Shown here piece after piece: positions 19,477 to 29,197 of a stretch of 64,000 bases of DNA; position 1 is the stretch's first letter; each line of letters begins with the position of its first letter. A model generated the notes under the pieces. The model saw only the letters and a program-made list of their open reading frames with translations, had not been told where the DNA came from and made no database searches. Source of the stretch: an uncultured Candidatus Rokubacteria bacterium (GTDB taxonomy: Bacteria; Methylomirabilota; Methylomirabilia; Rokubacteriales; CSP1-6); NCBI GenBank assembly GCA_963789955.1, contig CAWBMV010000034.1:960001-1024000 (forward strand), written 5' to 3'. Position numbers and translations under genes: made by a program.

Positions 19477-20244
19477 TGGGGGCGCCACTCACGATCCAGC
19501 GAGCGGGCGCCGCGGTCTGGTGCACGCTCGATCGTCCGCCGCTCAACCTCTTCGAGCCGACCCTGATCCAAGCCGTGTGCGACGCCTTTCAGGTGCTGGC
19601 GTCCGATCGAGAGACGCGAGTCGCGGTGATCACCGGGAGCGGGCGCGCCTTCACGGCCGGCATGGACGTGCGCGTCCTGCGCGATCTCGACACGGCCCGG
19701 GCTCGCGAGCTGATCACCACACTCCACGACGCGATCGCGGCCGTCCACCGGGCGCCGTTCCCGGTGATCGCCGCGGTCAACGGGCCCTGCCTGGGCGGCG
19801 GCTTCGAGCTCGCGCTGGCGTGCGATCTGCGCGTGGCGGTGGAGAGCGCGTCGTTCGGTTTGCCCGAAGTGCGTGTCGGCGTCCCGTCCGTGATCCAGGC
19901 GGCGCTGCTCCCGCCGATGATCGGACCCGGCCGGGCCGCCGAGATGCTGTTGACCGGGATGCCGATCACCGCGGCGCAGGCGCTCGACTGGGGACTCGTG
20001 AACCGCGTCGTGCCCGGCGATTGCCTGCGCGCCACGGTCGATGAGCTCGTCGCGGCGATTCTCGCGAGCGGCCCCGAGGCCGATCCGCCTGCAGAAAGAG
20101 CTGATCGTCCGCTGGCGCGAGACCGATCTCGCGACGGCGGTGCGCTATGGGATCAATGCGTTCGCCACCGCGTACGCCACCGGCGAGCCGCGCGAGGGGA
20201 TGAACGCCTACCTGGAAAAGCGGGCGCCGAACTTCAAGCGGTGA
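19476..20244 (+). CDS. Enoyl-CoA hydratase/isomerase; frameshift near 20081
   Basis: AFTAGMD, GGGFELALACD, LPEVRVG; C-terminus EGMNAYLEKRAPNF in the second frame. Confidence 0.85.
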
Positions 20245-20247
20245 CGG

Positions 20248-20988
20248 GTGAAGGTCGAAACCATCACGATCGACCTCTGGGGCACCTTGCTCTTCGATGG
20301 TCCGGCGAGCGACAACCGCTACAAGAAGCGGCGCATGGCCGATTTTGCGACCCTGCTCGCAGCGGCCGGCTTCTCGGCGTCGACGTCGTCGCTCGACCGC
20401 GCCTACGACGAGTCGGGAGCGTATCTCAGCCGGATCTGGTCCACACACCGTGACGTACCCGGCCTCGATCACGTTCGCGCGATCCTGGCCGCGCTCGATC
20501 CCTCGCTGCCGCGACGCATCCCGCCGGCGCTGCTGACGGCGCTGCTCGACGCGTACTCGCGCCCGATCCTGCTTTTGCCTCCGGCCGTCGACGACGGTGC
20601 CCTGGCCGCGCTGGAAACGCTCAAGGGCTCGGGCTACAAGCTGGCGCTCGTGTCGAACATCATGCGCACGCCCGGCGCGACCCTCCGGCAGCTGCTCGGC
20701 CGATTTCGACTCCTGGGTTACTTCGAGCAGACCACGTTTTCCGACGAGGTCAGAATTCGAAAGCCCGCGCCCGAGATCTTCGCGTTGACCTTGCGTGCGA
20801 TGGGCGCCGACGCCGCGACGGCCGTCCACGTTGGTGACGATCCGATTCTCGACGTGCAGGGAGCGCGGGCGGCGGGGATGCGGGTGATTCAGGTGACGTC
20901 GTCTTCGCGGGGGAACTCGAACCGGCCCGACCTCACCATCCCGAGGCTCGCCGATCTGCCGGCGGCCATCGAGCGGCTCGAAGGATGA
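20248..20988 (+). CDS. HAD-superfamily hydrolase
   Basis: DLWGTL, VSN, KPAPEIF, HVGDD...DVQGA. Confidence 0.85.
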   Translation: MKVETITIDLWGTLLFDGPASDNRYKKRRMADFATLLAAAGFSASTSSLDRAYDESGAYLSRIWSTHRDVPGLDHVRAILAALDPSLPRRIPPALLTALLDAYSRPILLLPPAVDDGALAALETLKGSGYKLALVSNIMRTPGATLRQLLGRFRLLGYFEQTTFSDEVRIRKPAPEIFALTLRAMGADAATAVHVGDDPILDVQGARAAGMRVIQVTSSSRGNSNRPDLTIPRLADLPAAIERLEG

Positions 20989-21369
20989 CTAACCGGCGTA
21001 GTTGATACTGGAACGAGCTGCGGTCGCCTGGCTGCTTCGCGTCGAGACCCGGCCCGGCATCAACAGGCCGATCTCTTCGAAGTAGCGGCGAATCGGATCC
21101 GTGATGCGGTCGGCGTACGCCTCGAGCACGCGATACGAGATTCCGCGATGGTAGGTCGCGCTCCTGAAGTCGCCGCTGCGCCAGCCGAGCACCTTGGCGC
21201 TCCGGCTCTCGCGATTTCTCAGGATGAGCCCGAACGTTCCGAGGCCGGAAACCCAGTGATCCGGGTTGTGCAGGCTGAGCTCGGAGCAGAGTCCGGTGAC
21301 CTGCCACTCCGGGGCGAACTCCGCCAGGGCCAGCTCGACCAGGCGCTGCACTTGTTCCGGGAGCAACAT
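20989..21369 (-). CDS. Hypothetical protein
   Basis: Strong GGAGGAGG RBS, typical codon usage, upstream sigma54 motif. Confidence 0.65.
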   Translation of the reverse strand: MLLPEQVQRLVELALAEFAPEWQVTGLCSELSLHNPDHWVSGLGTFGLILRNRESRSAKVLGWRSGDFRSATYHRGISYRVLEAYADRITDPIRRYFEEIGLLMPGRVSTRSSQATAARSSINYAG

Positions 21370-21406
21370 CCCCTACCTCCTCCAGTGATGCTGTCGCCGT
21401 GGGGGA

Positions 21407-21422
21407 CGCAAGGAGGGTGCCA
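21407..21422 (-). promoter_or_regulatory. sigma54 (-24/-12) promoter
   Basis: Minus strand TGGCAC-CCTCC-TTGC, matching TGGCAC-N5-TTGC. Confidence 0.7.
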
Positions 21423-21594
21423 CGGGGGCCAGTCTCGGTGGCTGCGGCTGAAAATCCGAGCTTTTGAGCGGTTGCGCCGCTCCGAGCGCCGACGTCAGCA
21501 TCCTGACGTTTGGTCGGCAAAGGGTGTCATGCTGCCACGGCGCCGGACACATTGGCGTCTAGCGCACCGCGCCATCGGGTTAAGATAGCCGCCG

Positions 21595-22119
21595 ATGGAC
21601 ATCGCCGACCTCAAGGGGAAGATCCGTGACATCAAGGACTTCCCGACCGACGGCATCCTCTTCAAAGACATCACCACGCTCCTCAAGGACGGCCCGGCTT
21701 TTCGGTACGTCATCGACGCGTTCGTCCAACGATATCAGGCGGAACGCGTCGACGTCGTCGTCGGTATCGAATCGCGGGGCTTCATCATGGGCGGCGCGAT
21801 CGCGCACCAGTTGAAGGCGGGCTTCGTCCCGGTTCGCAAGCTCGGCAAGCTGCCGGGCAAGACCATCGAGGTCGAGTACGAGCTCGAGTACGGACGCGAC
21901 GCGCTCGCCGTGCACGAGGACGCGATCAAGCCCGGCCAGCGAGTGCTCGCGGTGGACGACCTCCTCGCCACCGGTGGTACGATGGGGGCAACCTTGCGGC
22001 TCATCCGGCAGCTCGGCGGACAGGTCGTCGGGGTTGCGTTCATGATCGAGCTCGCGTTTCTTCACGGTCGAGACAAGCTGAAGGAGCAGACGCTGCATTC
22101 GCTCATCGTTTATGAATAA
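21595..22119 (+). CDS. apt: Adenine phosphoribosyltransferase
   Basis: DFPTDGILFKDIT, ESRGF, RKLGKLP, VDDLLATGGT. Confidence 0.95.
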   Translation: MDIADLKGKIRDIKDFPTDGILFKDITTLLKDGPAFRYVIDAFVQRYQAERVDVVVGIESRGFIMGGAIAHQLKAGFVPVRKLGKLPGKTIEVEYELEYGRDALAVHEDAIKPGQRVLAVDDLLATGGTMGATLRLIRQLGGQVVGVAFMIELAFLHGRDKLKEQTLHSLIVYE

Positions 22120-22430
22120 GCTCGTCACATTCGTCGGTGCGGTGGTCCTGATCGGCGGCTGGTCCGCGGCGGCGGTCGCGGACGAGGCGAAATCGCAGAT
22201 CAGCGCGTCGATGCTCCTCCGCATGTCCGCACCGATCTCCGAGACCCGCGATGCCGCGTTCGATCGCGCCATGAAAGAGCCCCCGGCCTCCGGCGCGCCG
22301 ACCCGACGGCGAGGTCCAGCCCGACGGAACGGTGCGCTACGGCTCGATGGTCATGACCGTGAGGAATCCGTGTCCTCCCGGGACTCACTACGAGCCGCCG
22401 CCTCTGCCCGGTCGCGCCGTCCGGAAGTAA
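22112..22430 (+). CDS. Small secreted hypothetical protein; probable frameshift near 22303
   Basis: Signal peptide MNKLVTFVGAVVLIGGWSAAAVA; continues as DGEVQPDGTVRYG...LPGRAVRK in another frame. Confidence 0.5.
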
Positions 22431-22455
22431 GCGACCGCCCGACGAAGGACCGCGC

Positions 22456-23313
22456 ATGACCATCACGAACGTCGGTGTCATCGGCTGCGGTCTCATGGGT
22501 TCCGGCATCGTCCAGGTGTCGGCTCAGGCCGGATTCCAGGTGCTCTTCGTCGAGGCCAACGACGAGCTGGTCAAGCGCGGGCTCGGTCGGCTGCGAGAGA
22601 CACTCGAAGGCCTCGCCAGCCGCGGAAAGCTCGACGCCAAGGCCAAGGACGCGGCGCTGGGGCGCATCGCCGGGACCACGCGACTCGACGATCTGAAGTC
22701 CTGCGACCTCGTCGTCGAGGCGATGACCGAGAATCAGGCGCTCAAGAACGAAACGTTCGCCAAGCTCCACGAGATCTGCGCGCCGCACGCGATCCTCGCG
22801 TCGAACACCTCCTCGTGCAATGTCACCGCGATGGCGGCCGCCACCGGGCGGCCGGCGCAGGTGCTCGGGCTTCACTTCTTCAACCCGGTGCCGCTGATGA
22901 AGCTCGTGGAAGTCGTCCGCACGATCCTGACGGACGACGGCGCGGTGAAGACGGCCACCGAGTGGGTGCAGGCCGTCGGCAAGACGCCGGTGCAGACGAA
23001 GGACTCGACCGCGTTCATCGTCAACCGTCTGCTGGTGCCCTACCTGCTCGATGCGATCCGGGTCTACGAGAGCGGGCTCTCCTCGCTGGAGGACATCGAC
23101 CTCGCGATGAAGCTCGGCTGTGGCTACCCGATGGGCCCGTTCACGCTCCTCGATCTCGTCGGCCTCGACACGACGATGTACGTCGCCGAGGTGATGTTCG
23201 AGGAGTTCCGCGAAGCGCGCTACGCGCCGCCCCCGCTGCTCAAGCGCATGGTGATGGCCGGGCAGCTCGGGCGGAAGACCGGGAAGGGCTTCTACACCTA
23301 CCCCGCTAAGTAG
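22456..23313 (+). CDS. 3-hydroxybutyryl-CoA dehydrogenase
   Basis: GCGLMG, SNTSS, HFFNP, YPMGPFTLLDLVGLD. Confidence 0.9.
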   Translation: MTITNVGVIGCGLMGSGIVQVSAQAGFQVLFVEANDELVKRGLGRLRETLEGLASRGKLDAKAKDAALGRIAGTTRLDDLKSCDLVVEAMTENQALKNETFAKLHEICAPHAILASNTSSCNVTAMAAATGRPAQVLGLHFFNPVPLMKLVEVVRTILTDDGAVKTATEWVQAVGKTPVQTKDSTAFIVNRLLVPYLLDAIRVYESGLSSLEDIDLAMKLGCGYPMGPFTLLDLVGLDTTMYVAEVMFEEFREARYAPPPLLKRMVMAGQLGRKTGKGFYTYPAK

Positions 23314-23320
23314 CAGCCGC

Positions 23321-23596
23321 CTAGATTACCAGCAGCACGACGCCCCACACGGCGACGAGCGTCACCAGGAGCAGGCGGCTCAACACGCGGAGGCGAAAAC
23401 GCTTTCTCGCGAGGGGAGCGCCCTGCGCGTCGGGATCGCGCAGGCGCTCACCCTCGGCACGGCTCGAGCCGACGCCGTGCTGGTTCGCACCGAAGCCGAT
23501 GAAAAGATCGCTGTGCGGAAACGTGACTCTCAGGAGATCCAGCCGGTCGACGACGGCCGCACCACGATCTTGAACGTGCCGATCCGTGAGCCACAT
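23321..23596 (-). CDS. Possible small protein with C-terminal TM helix
   Basis: Hydrophobic C-terminus only; start and frame uncertain. Confidence 0.3.
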   Translation of the reverse strand: MWLTDRHVQDRGAAVVDRLDLLRVTFPHSDLFIGFGANQHGVGSSRAEGERLRDPDAQGAPLARKRFRLRVLSRLLLVTLVAVWGVVLLVI

Positions 23597-23599
23597 GAC

Positions 23600-24433
23600 T
23601 CAGCGTCCGAGGGCGGGAGCGGACCGGCGATGGTCCACGACGACGCGAGGCGCCGCCGAAGCCGCCGGCTGAAGCCGCGTATATCGCCCGCGGAGGCTGT
23701 CGAAGGCCCGCGAGTGCCACACACCGTGCTGGTGCAGGCTGAAGCGGGCGAGGAGCGAGAGGATGCGCAGCCCGTAGACGGTCGACGCCGAGAAGCTCGC
23801 CGACGACGCTTCGGGGAAATACCGTGTCGGCACCGCGATCTCGGCGATGCGGTAGCCGGAGGCGACGATCTGCGCCACGATCTCCTGGTCGAAGATGAAG
23901 CCGTCCGAGTTCAACGCGAGGTTGACGGTCTCCAGCACTTCCCGCCGGAAGGCGCGGTAGCCCGTGTGGAACTCGGACAGCGACAGATCGAACGTCCGAT
24001 TCTCGAGGTTCGTGAGGAAGCGGTTCGAGAAATACTTCCACCAGGGCATCCCCTGGGCCAGCGCCGAACCGCTCTTCAGTCGCGAGCCGAACACGACGTC
24101 GGCCTCCCCACGGACGATCGGATCGATGATCTGCGGAACCAATCGCGGATCGTACTGATAGTCGGGATGGACCATGACCACGATGTCCGCCCCCGCTCGC
24201 AGCGCCTCCGCGTAGCATGTCTTCTGATTCGCGCCGTAACCGTAGTTCCGGTTGTGCACGAAGATCTCGAGGCCGAGCTGCCGCGCGACCTCGAGCGTTC
24301 CATCGGTCGAGCCGTCGTCCACCAGGATCACGAGGCTGACGGTGTCTTTCGGCAGCTCTTCGTATGTGAGGCGGAGCGTACGCCCCGCGTTGTAGGCCGG
24401 CATCACCACCACGACTTTCTCTGACGTCTGCAT
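23600..24433 (-). CDS. GT2 glycosyltransferase (DPM1-like)
   Basis: VVMPAYN, VDDGSTD, NYGYGANQK, HPDYQY, VFGSR. Confidence 0.9.
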   Translation of the reverse strand: MQTSEKVVVVMPAYNAGRTLRLTYEELPKDTVSLVILVDDGSTDGTLEVARQLGLEIFVHNRNYGYGANQKTCYAEALRAGADIVVMVHPDYQYDPRLVPQIIDPIVRGEADVVFGSRLKSGSALAQGMPWWKYFSNRFLTNLENRTFDLSLSEFHTGYRAFRREVLETVNLALNSDGFIFDQEIVAQIVASGYRIAEIAVPTRYFPEASSASFSASTVYGLRILSLLARFSLHQHGVWHSRAFDSLRGRYTRLQPAASAAPRVVVDHRRSAPALGR

Positions 24434-24593
24434 GGCGCTCCCCAGGTGCACCGTCGATGCCATTCGGCGGCTCGTTGCAATCTCGCGCACTTGCGGCGCA
24501 TCCGCGGGATATCCGGACTGTTTCGCTACAAAAAATCGTAGGCGGGCGTGACGAGATTTGTCAGGGGCTTGTAGACTGGTGGCGGGTCTTTCC

Positions 24594-25748
24594 ATGACGA
24601 CGACGCGCGACGACTTCTATCTGACGCCCGAGCAGCGGGAGATGCGCGCCCTGGTCCGCACGATCGCGCGCGAGCGGATCGCGCCGATGGCCGCCCACGT
24701 GGACGAGGCCGAGGCGTACCCCGAGGAGGGCCTGAAGGTGCTCGGGGAACAGGGGCTCATGGGCCTCTACATCCCCGACGCCTACGGCGGAACCGACATG
24801 GGCACCCTCGCGTTCTGCCTCGCCGTCGAAGAGATCGCCTGGGCGTGCGCATCCTCCGCGATCATCTATCTCGTTCAGTACGTGGGGGGCTGGCCGATTG
24901 TCGCGGCCGGCACCGAGGAGCAGAAGCGGCGCTATCTCCCGCGCCTGGCGTCCGGCGAGATCACGGCGGCCTTTTCACTCTCGGAGCCCGGGGCCGGCTC
25001 CGACGCCGCCTCCATCTCCACGCGTGCCGTTCGCAAGGGCGATCGCTACATCCTGAACGGCACGAAGCTCTGGGTGTCGAACGGCAGCAAGGCATCGGTC
25101 ATCACGCTCTTCGCGACGGTCGACCGCGGCCTGGGCAAGGGCGGCGTCACGGCGTTTCTCGTCGAGCCGACGTTTCCGGGTTTCACCGTCGGCAAGCTCG
25201 AGCGCAAGCTGGGGATCCGCGGATCGCCGACCGCCGCGCTCCATCTGACCGACTGCGAGGTGCCGGTCGAGAATCGCCTGGGCGAGGAAGGCGAGGGCTA
25301 CAAGATCGCGCTCCGTGTCCTGGACGGCTCGCGCCCCGCGGTCGGGGCCCAGGCCGTGGGCATCGGCCAGGCCGCGCTCGACGCCGCGGTGGCCTACGCC
25401 AAGGAACGCCAGCAGTTCGGTCAGCCGATCGCCGCCTTCCAGGGCATCCAGTTCATGCTGGCCGACATGGCGATCGCGGTGCACGGCTCGCGGCTGCTCG
25501 TGCATCACGCGGCGGCGCTCGTCGATCGCGGCGCCACGAAGACGGCCCTCGAATCGTCGATGGCGAAGTGCTTCGCGGCCGATAGCGCCGTGAAGGTCGC
25601 GACCGACGCCGTGCAGATCTTCGGCGGCTACGGTTATACGCGCGAGTACCCGGTCGAGCGCTTCATGCGCGACGCGAAGATCACCCAGATCTACGAAGGC
25701 ACGAACCAGATCCAGCGCATCGTCATCGCCCGCGAGCTGACCCGGTGA
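24594..25748 (+). CDS. Acyl-CoA dehydrogenase
   Basis: [29 protein letters not shown]. Confidence 0.95.
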   Translation: MTTTRDDFYLTPEQREMRALVRTIARERIAPMAAHVDEAEAYPEEGLKVLGEQGLMGLYIPDAYGGTDMGTLAFCLAVEEIAWACASSAIIYLVQYVGGWPIVAAGTEEQKRRYLPRLASGEITAAFSLSEPGAGSDAASISTRAVRKGDRYILNGTKLWVSNGSKASVITLFATVDRGLGKGGVTAFLVEPTFPGFTVGKLERKLGIRGSPTAALHLTDCEVPVENRLGEEGEGYKIALRVLDGSRPAVGAQAVGIGQAALDAAVAYAKERQQFGQPIAAFQGIQFMLADMAIAVHGSRLLVHHAAALVDRGATKTALESSMAKCFAADSAVKVATDAVQIFGGYGYTREYPVERFMRDAKITQIYEGTNQIQRIVIARELTR

Positions 25749-26275
25749 TGAGCGACGACGTTCGGGCGCTCGCGCCGAGCGAGGTGGCCCGGCTGATCGA
25801 GAGCGCGGCCGCGGCGATTCGCGCCGAGTTCGCGGCCCATCCAGACGACGTCCTGGCATGGCACCCGGCGCCCGGCGAGTGGTGCGCCAAAGAAGTCCTC
25901 GGCCACCTCATCGAGAGCGAGCGCCGCGGCTTCGCCGGCCGGATTCGTCTCATCCTGGCCGGCGACGAGCCGAGCCTCGAAGCGTGGGATCAGGGCGAGG
26001 TCGCTCGCGCGCGGCACGACTGCCAGCGTCCGGCCGCGGCGCTGATCGCCGAGCTCGACGCGCTGCGTCGCGACAGCGCCGGCCTGGTCGCCGGGCTTCG
26101 CCCCGCCGATCTGGAGCGCGGGGGCCGGCATCCAAAGGTCGGCCGGCTTCGGGTGGACGAGCTGCTCCACGAGTGGGTTCACCATGATCGGAACCACCTG
26201 CGCCAGATGCTCGCCAACACCCAGGCGGCCGCCTGGCCGCATATGGGCAACGCTCGCCGTTTTACGACGGATTAG
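25745..26275 (+). CDS. DinB-family protein
   Basis: [21 protein letters not shown]. Confidence 0.8.
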   Translation: MMSDDVRALAPSEVARLIESAAAAIRAEFAAHPDDVLAWHPAPGEWCAKEVLGHLIESERRGFAGRIRLILAGDEPSLEAWDQGEVARARHDCQRPAAALIAELDALRRDSAGLVAGLRPADLERGGRHPKVGRLRVDELLHEWVHHDRNHLRQMLANTQAAAWPHMGNARRFTTD

Positions 26276-26340
26276 CCCGCCTGCGCCGCCCGCTCGGGGC
26301 CGCGCCGCTTCGGATCGTCCGAGATGGGACCAACGGATCA

Positions 26341-26377
26341 TTGACGCGCCGGGGCCGCGGTGGTACGTGTCTAGACA
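26341..26377 (+). promoter_or_regulatory. Promoter with HutC/GntR-type palindromic operator
   Basis: TTGACG, 17 bp, TACGTG; overlapped by the perfect palindrome TGTCTAGACA (26368-26377), matching HutC-subfamily GT-N-TA-N-AC. Confidence 0.7.
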
Positions 26378-26402
26378 TCCTGACAACAGGAGGACCGCTC
26401 CT

Positions 26403-27128
26403 TTGAATTACCGCCCCGGTATTCCCCGCTATCTGCAGATCGCCGACTCCATCCGCCACGAGCTCCGCGACGAAGGCGAGCGAATCGCCTCCGAGCACGC
26501 GCTCTGCGCACGCTTCAAGGTGAGCCGCCCGACCATCCGTCAGGCGCTCGACGTCCTGGTTCAGGAAGGACGACTCTACCGCCACGCCGGGCGCGGGACG
26601 TTCGCGACACCGGCCGCCGGCGGCGATCGAAAGCTCCGCGTGATCGGCTCGGTGGGCGACATGATGGCGCTGGGCGACGAAACCTGGTTCAAGTTCGTGT
26701 CGAAAGAGGTCGTGCTGCTGCCGGCGAACATCGCGCAGGCGCTACGACTGCCGCCTCGCTCGTCGGCGTACTGCATCGTCGGCGTGCGCCATGCCGAGTC
26801 CGGGCCGTTCCAGCACGTCACCGCCTACATGCCGCTGACGATCGGCACCGCGCTCTCCGACGAGGATCTCTCCAAGACCTCGCTGATCGGAGCCATCGAG
26901 CGGGTGCTCGGCGTGCCGATCAAGCTCATGGAGCAGGTGGTCGACGCCGCGCTCGCGCCGCGCCAGGTCGCCGAGCACCTCCAGATTCGCGCCCGATCAC
27001 CGCTGCTCTTCTTCGAGCGCACGTACTTCGCGCTCAGCGGCGAGCCCGTGGAGCACGCCATCAGCTGGCAGACCGGCCGACGCTACCCGTACCGGATCGT
27101 CCTCTCGCGCGCGGAGCGCCGGAACTGA
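26403..27128 (+). CDS. GntR (HutC/UTRA) transcriptional regulator
   Basis: YLQIADSI, SEHALCARFKVSRPTIRQAL, GRGTF and a UTRA domain; AGGAGG RBS before TTG. Confidence 0.9.
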   Translation: MNYRPGIPRYLQIADSIRHELRDEGERIASEHALCARFKVSRPTIRQALDVLVQEGRLYRHAGRGTFATPAAGGDRKLRVIGSVGDMMALGDETWFKFVSKEVVLLPANIAQALRLPPRSSAYCIVGVRHAESGPFQHVTAYMPLTIGTALSDEDLSKTSLIGAIERVLGVPIKLMEQVVDAALAPRQVAEHLQIRARSPLLFFERTYFALSGEPVEHAISWQTGRRYPYRIVLSRAERRN

Positions 27129-29197
27129 CCGCGTATCGCGTCGGATTCGACGTGGGCGGAACCTTCACGGATTTCGTCTTGCAATCACCCTCCGGCGAGC
27201 TCACCACCGGCAAGCGGCTCACGACGTATCCCGATCCCTCGGAGGCGTGTCTGGCCGGCCTCGACGCCCTGCTCGCCCAGGGGGGCGTGCGCTGGAACGA
27301 CATCGCCCAAGCGGTTCACGGCACCACCTTGGGCTCGAACGTCGTCATCGAGCGCAAGGCGCGCGGGGTCGGGCTCCTGACGACCCGCGGCTTTCGCGAC
27401 GTGCTGATCATCGGGCGCGAGAAACGCTATCAGGTGTACGACCTACAGATCGAGAAGCCGGCACCGCTGATTCCGCGGCGGCTCATCGGTGAGGTCACCG
27501 AGCGCGTCCTGGCCGACGGCACCGTGCGAACACCGCTCGACGAGGCGGACGCGCGCCGCGCGATCCGCGAGCTGGCGGCGCGCGGCGTGTCGACGCTCGC
27601 GGTGTGCCTGCTGCACGCGTACGTGAACCCGGCGCACGAGCGGCGCATCGCCGCCATCGCCGCCGAAGAGGCGCCCGGCCTGACCGTCACGCTCTCTCAC
27701 GAGGTCTCGCCGACGTTCCGGGAATACGAGCGGACGTCGACAACCGTCGTGAACGCGTACGTGATGTCGATCGTGCGCGAGTACCTGCGCGGCCTCGCGA
27801 CCGCGATGAGCCAGCGGGGCTACCGCGGGCGGCTCTTCGTGATGCAGTCCTCGGGGGGCGTCGCGACGGCCGAGGCGATGCAGCGTTATCCGGTCCGCAT
27901 GATCGAGTCCGGCCCCGCGGCCGGCGCCTTGATGGCGGCCGTCTACGGCGAGCTGACCGGCCACCGCGATCTCATCGCCTTCGACATGGGTGGCACGACC
28001 GCCAAGCTCGCGCTCATCGAGAAGGGGCGGCCGGCGACGACGACGGCCTTCGAGCTCCATCGCGTGAACAACGCGCCCGGCAGCGGGCTGCCGATGAACA
28101 TCCAGGCGATCGATCTGGTCGAGATCGGCGCGGGAGGCGGCTCGATCGCGCGGGCGAAGCTCGGCGTGATCGCGGTCGGGCCGGAGAGCGCGTCGTCGAC
28201 GCCGGGGCCGGTCTGCTACGGGCGCGGCGGCGTGGAGCCGACCGTCACCGACGCCGACGTGGTGCTGGGCTACATCAACCCGGAGTATTTCGCGGGCGGC
28301 TCGATCAAGCTGCAGGCGGGCGCGGCGGCGCGCGCGATCGAGGAGCGGGTCGCGCGCCCGCTCGGGCTCTCGCTCGAGGACGCGGCGTGGGGCATCCACA
28401 CGATCGTCAACACGAACATGGAGCTGGCGACTCGCGTGGTCTCCATCGAGCGCGGCCGCGATCCGCGCGACCTCACGTTCGTCGCCTTCGGCGGCTCGGG
28501 ACCCGTGCACGGCTGCCGCATCGCTCAGGCGCTCGGGATTCCGCGCATCGTGCTCCCGGCATCGGCGGGGGTGACGGCGGCCATCGGGCTCCTCGCCGCC
28601 GAGGTGAAGTTCGACGTCGCGCGCACGTACGTGCGGCGCCTCGACGCGGTGGACGGCGCCGCGCTCGACGCGATGTACGGCGAGATGAGCGCGCAGGCGA
28701 TCGCGGTCGTCCAGGAATCCGCGGTGGCCGGCGAGGTGGTGGTGACGCGCTCGGCCGACGCGCGGTACGTCGGCCAGGGCTACGAGGTCACGGTGCCCGT
28801 CCCACAAGGCCGGCTCGACCCGCCGGCGCTCGAGCGCGTGCGCGCGAGCTTCCACGAGATCTACGCCGCTCGCTACGGCTACGCGAACGCGTCCGAGCCG
28901 GTCGAGGTGGTCACCTGGAAGCTCTCGGCGGTCGGCGGCTCCCCGCGGATCGCGCTCGCCAAGGCGGCCGCGACCTCGGCGGACGTGCGCCGCAAGTCGA
29001 CGCGCCGCGCGTATTTCCCCGAGGCCCGCGGCTACGCGGACACGCCGGTGTACGACCGCTACCAGCTCCCGGCCGGGACGTCGCTCACCGGACCGGCGAT
29101 CGTGGAAGAACGCGAGTCGACGACGGTCCTGCCTCCGGGCGTGACCGCGACGGTGGACGAGTACGCCAGCCTGATCGCCGAGACGAGGCCGGCGTGA
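27125..29197 (+). CDS. Hydantoinase A / 5-oxoprolinase ATP-binding subunit
   Basis: FDVGGTFTD, HGTT, ESGPAAG, DMGGTT, GAGGGS; conserved N-terminus implies a CTG start at 27125. Confidence 0.9.
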   Translation: MTAYRVGFDVGGTFTDFVLQSPSGELTTGKRLTTYPDPSEACLAGLDALLAQGGVRWNDIAQAVHGTTLGSNVVIERKARGVGLLTTRGFRDVLIIGREKRYQVYDLQIEKPAPLIPRRLIGEVTERVLADGTVRTPLDEADARRAIRELAARGVSTLAVCLLHAYVNPAHERRIAAIAAEEAPGLTVTLSHEVSPTFREYERTSTTVVNAYVMSIVREYLRGLATAMSQRGYRGRLFVMQSSGGVATAEAMQRYPVRMIESGPAAGALMAAVYGELTGHRDLIAFDMGGTTAKLALIEKGRPATTTAFELHRVNNAPGSGLPMNIQAIDLVEIGAGGGSIARAKLGVIAVGPESASSTPGPVCYGRGGVEPTVTDADVVLGYINPEYFAGGSIKLQAGAAARAIEERVARPLGLSLEDAAWGIHTIVNTNMELATRVVSIERGRDPRDLTFVAFGGSGPVHGCRIAQALGIPRIVLPASAGVTAAIGLLAAEVKFDVARTYVRRLDAVDGAALDAMYGEMSAQAIAVVQESAVAGEVVVTRSADARYVGQGYEVTVPVPQGRLDPPALERVRASFHEIYAARYGYANASEPVEVVTWKLSAVGGSPRIALAKAAATSADVRRKSTRRAYFPEARGYADTPVYDRYQLPAGTSLTGPAIVEERESTTVLPPGVTATVDEYASLIAETRPA

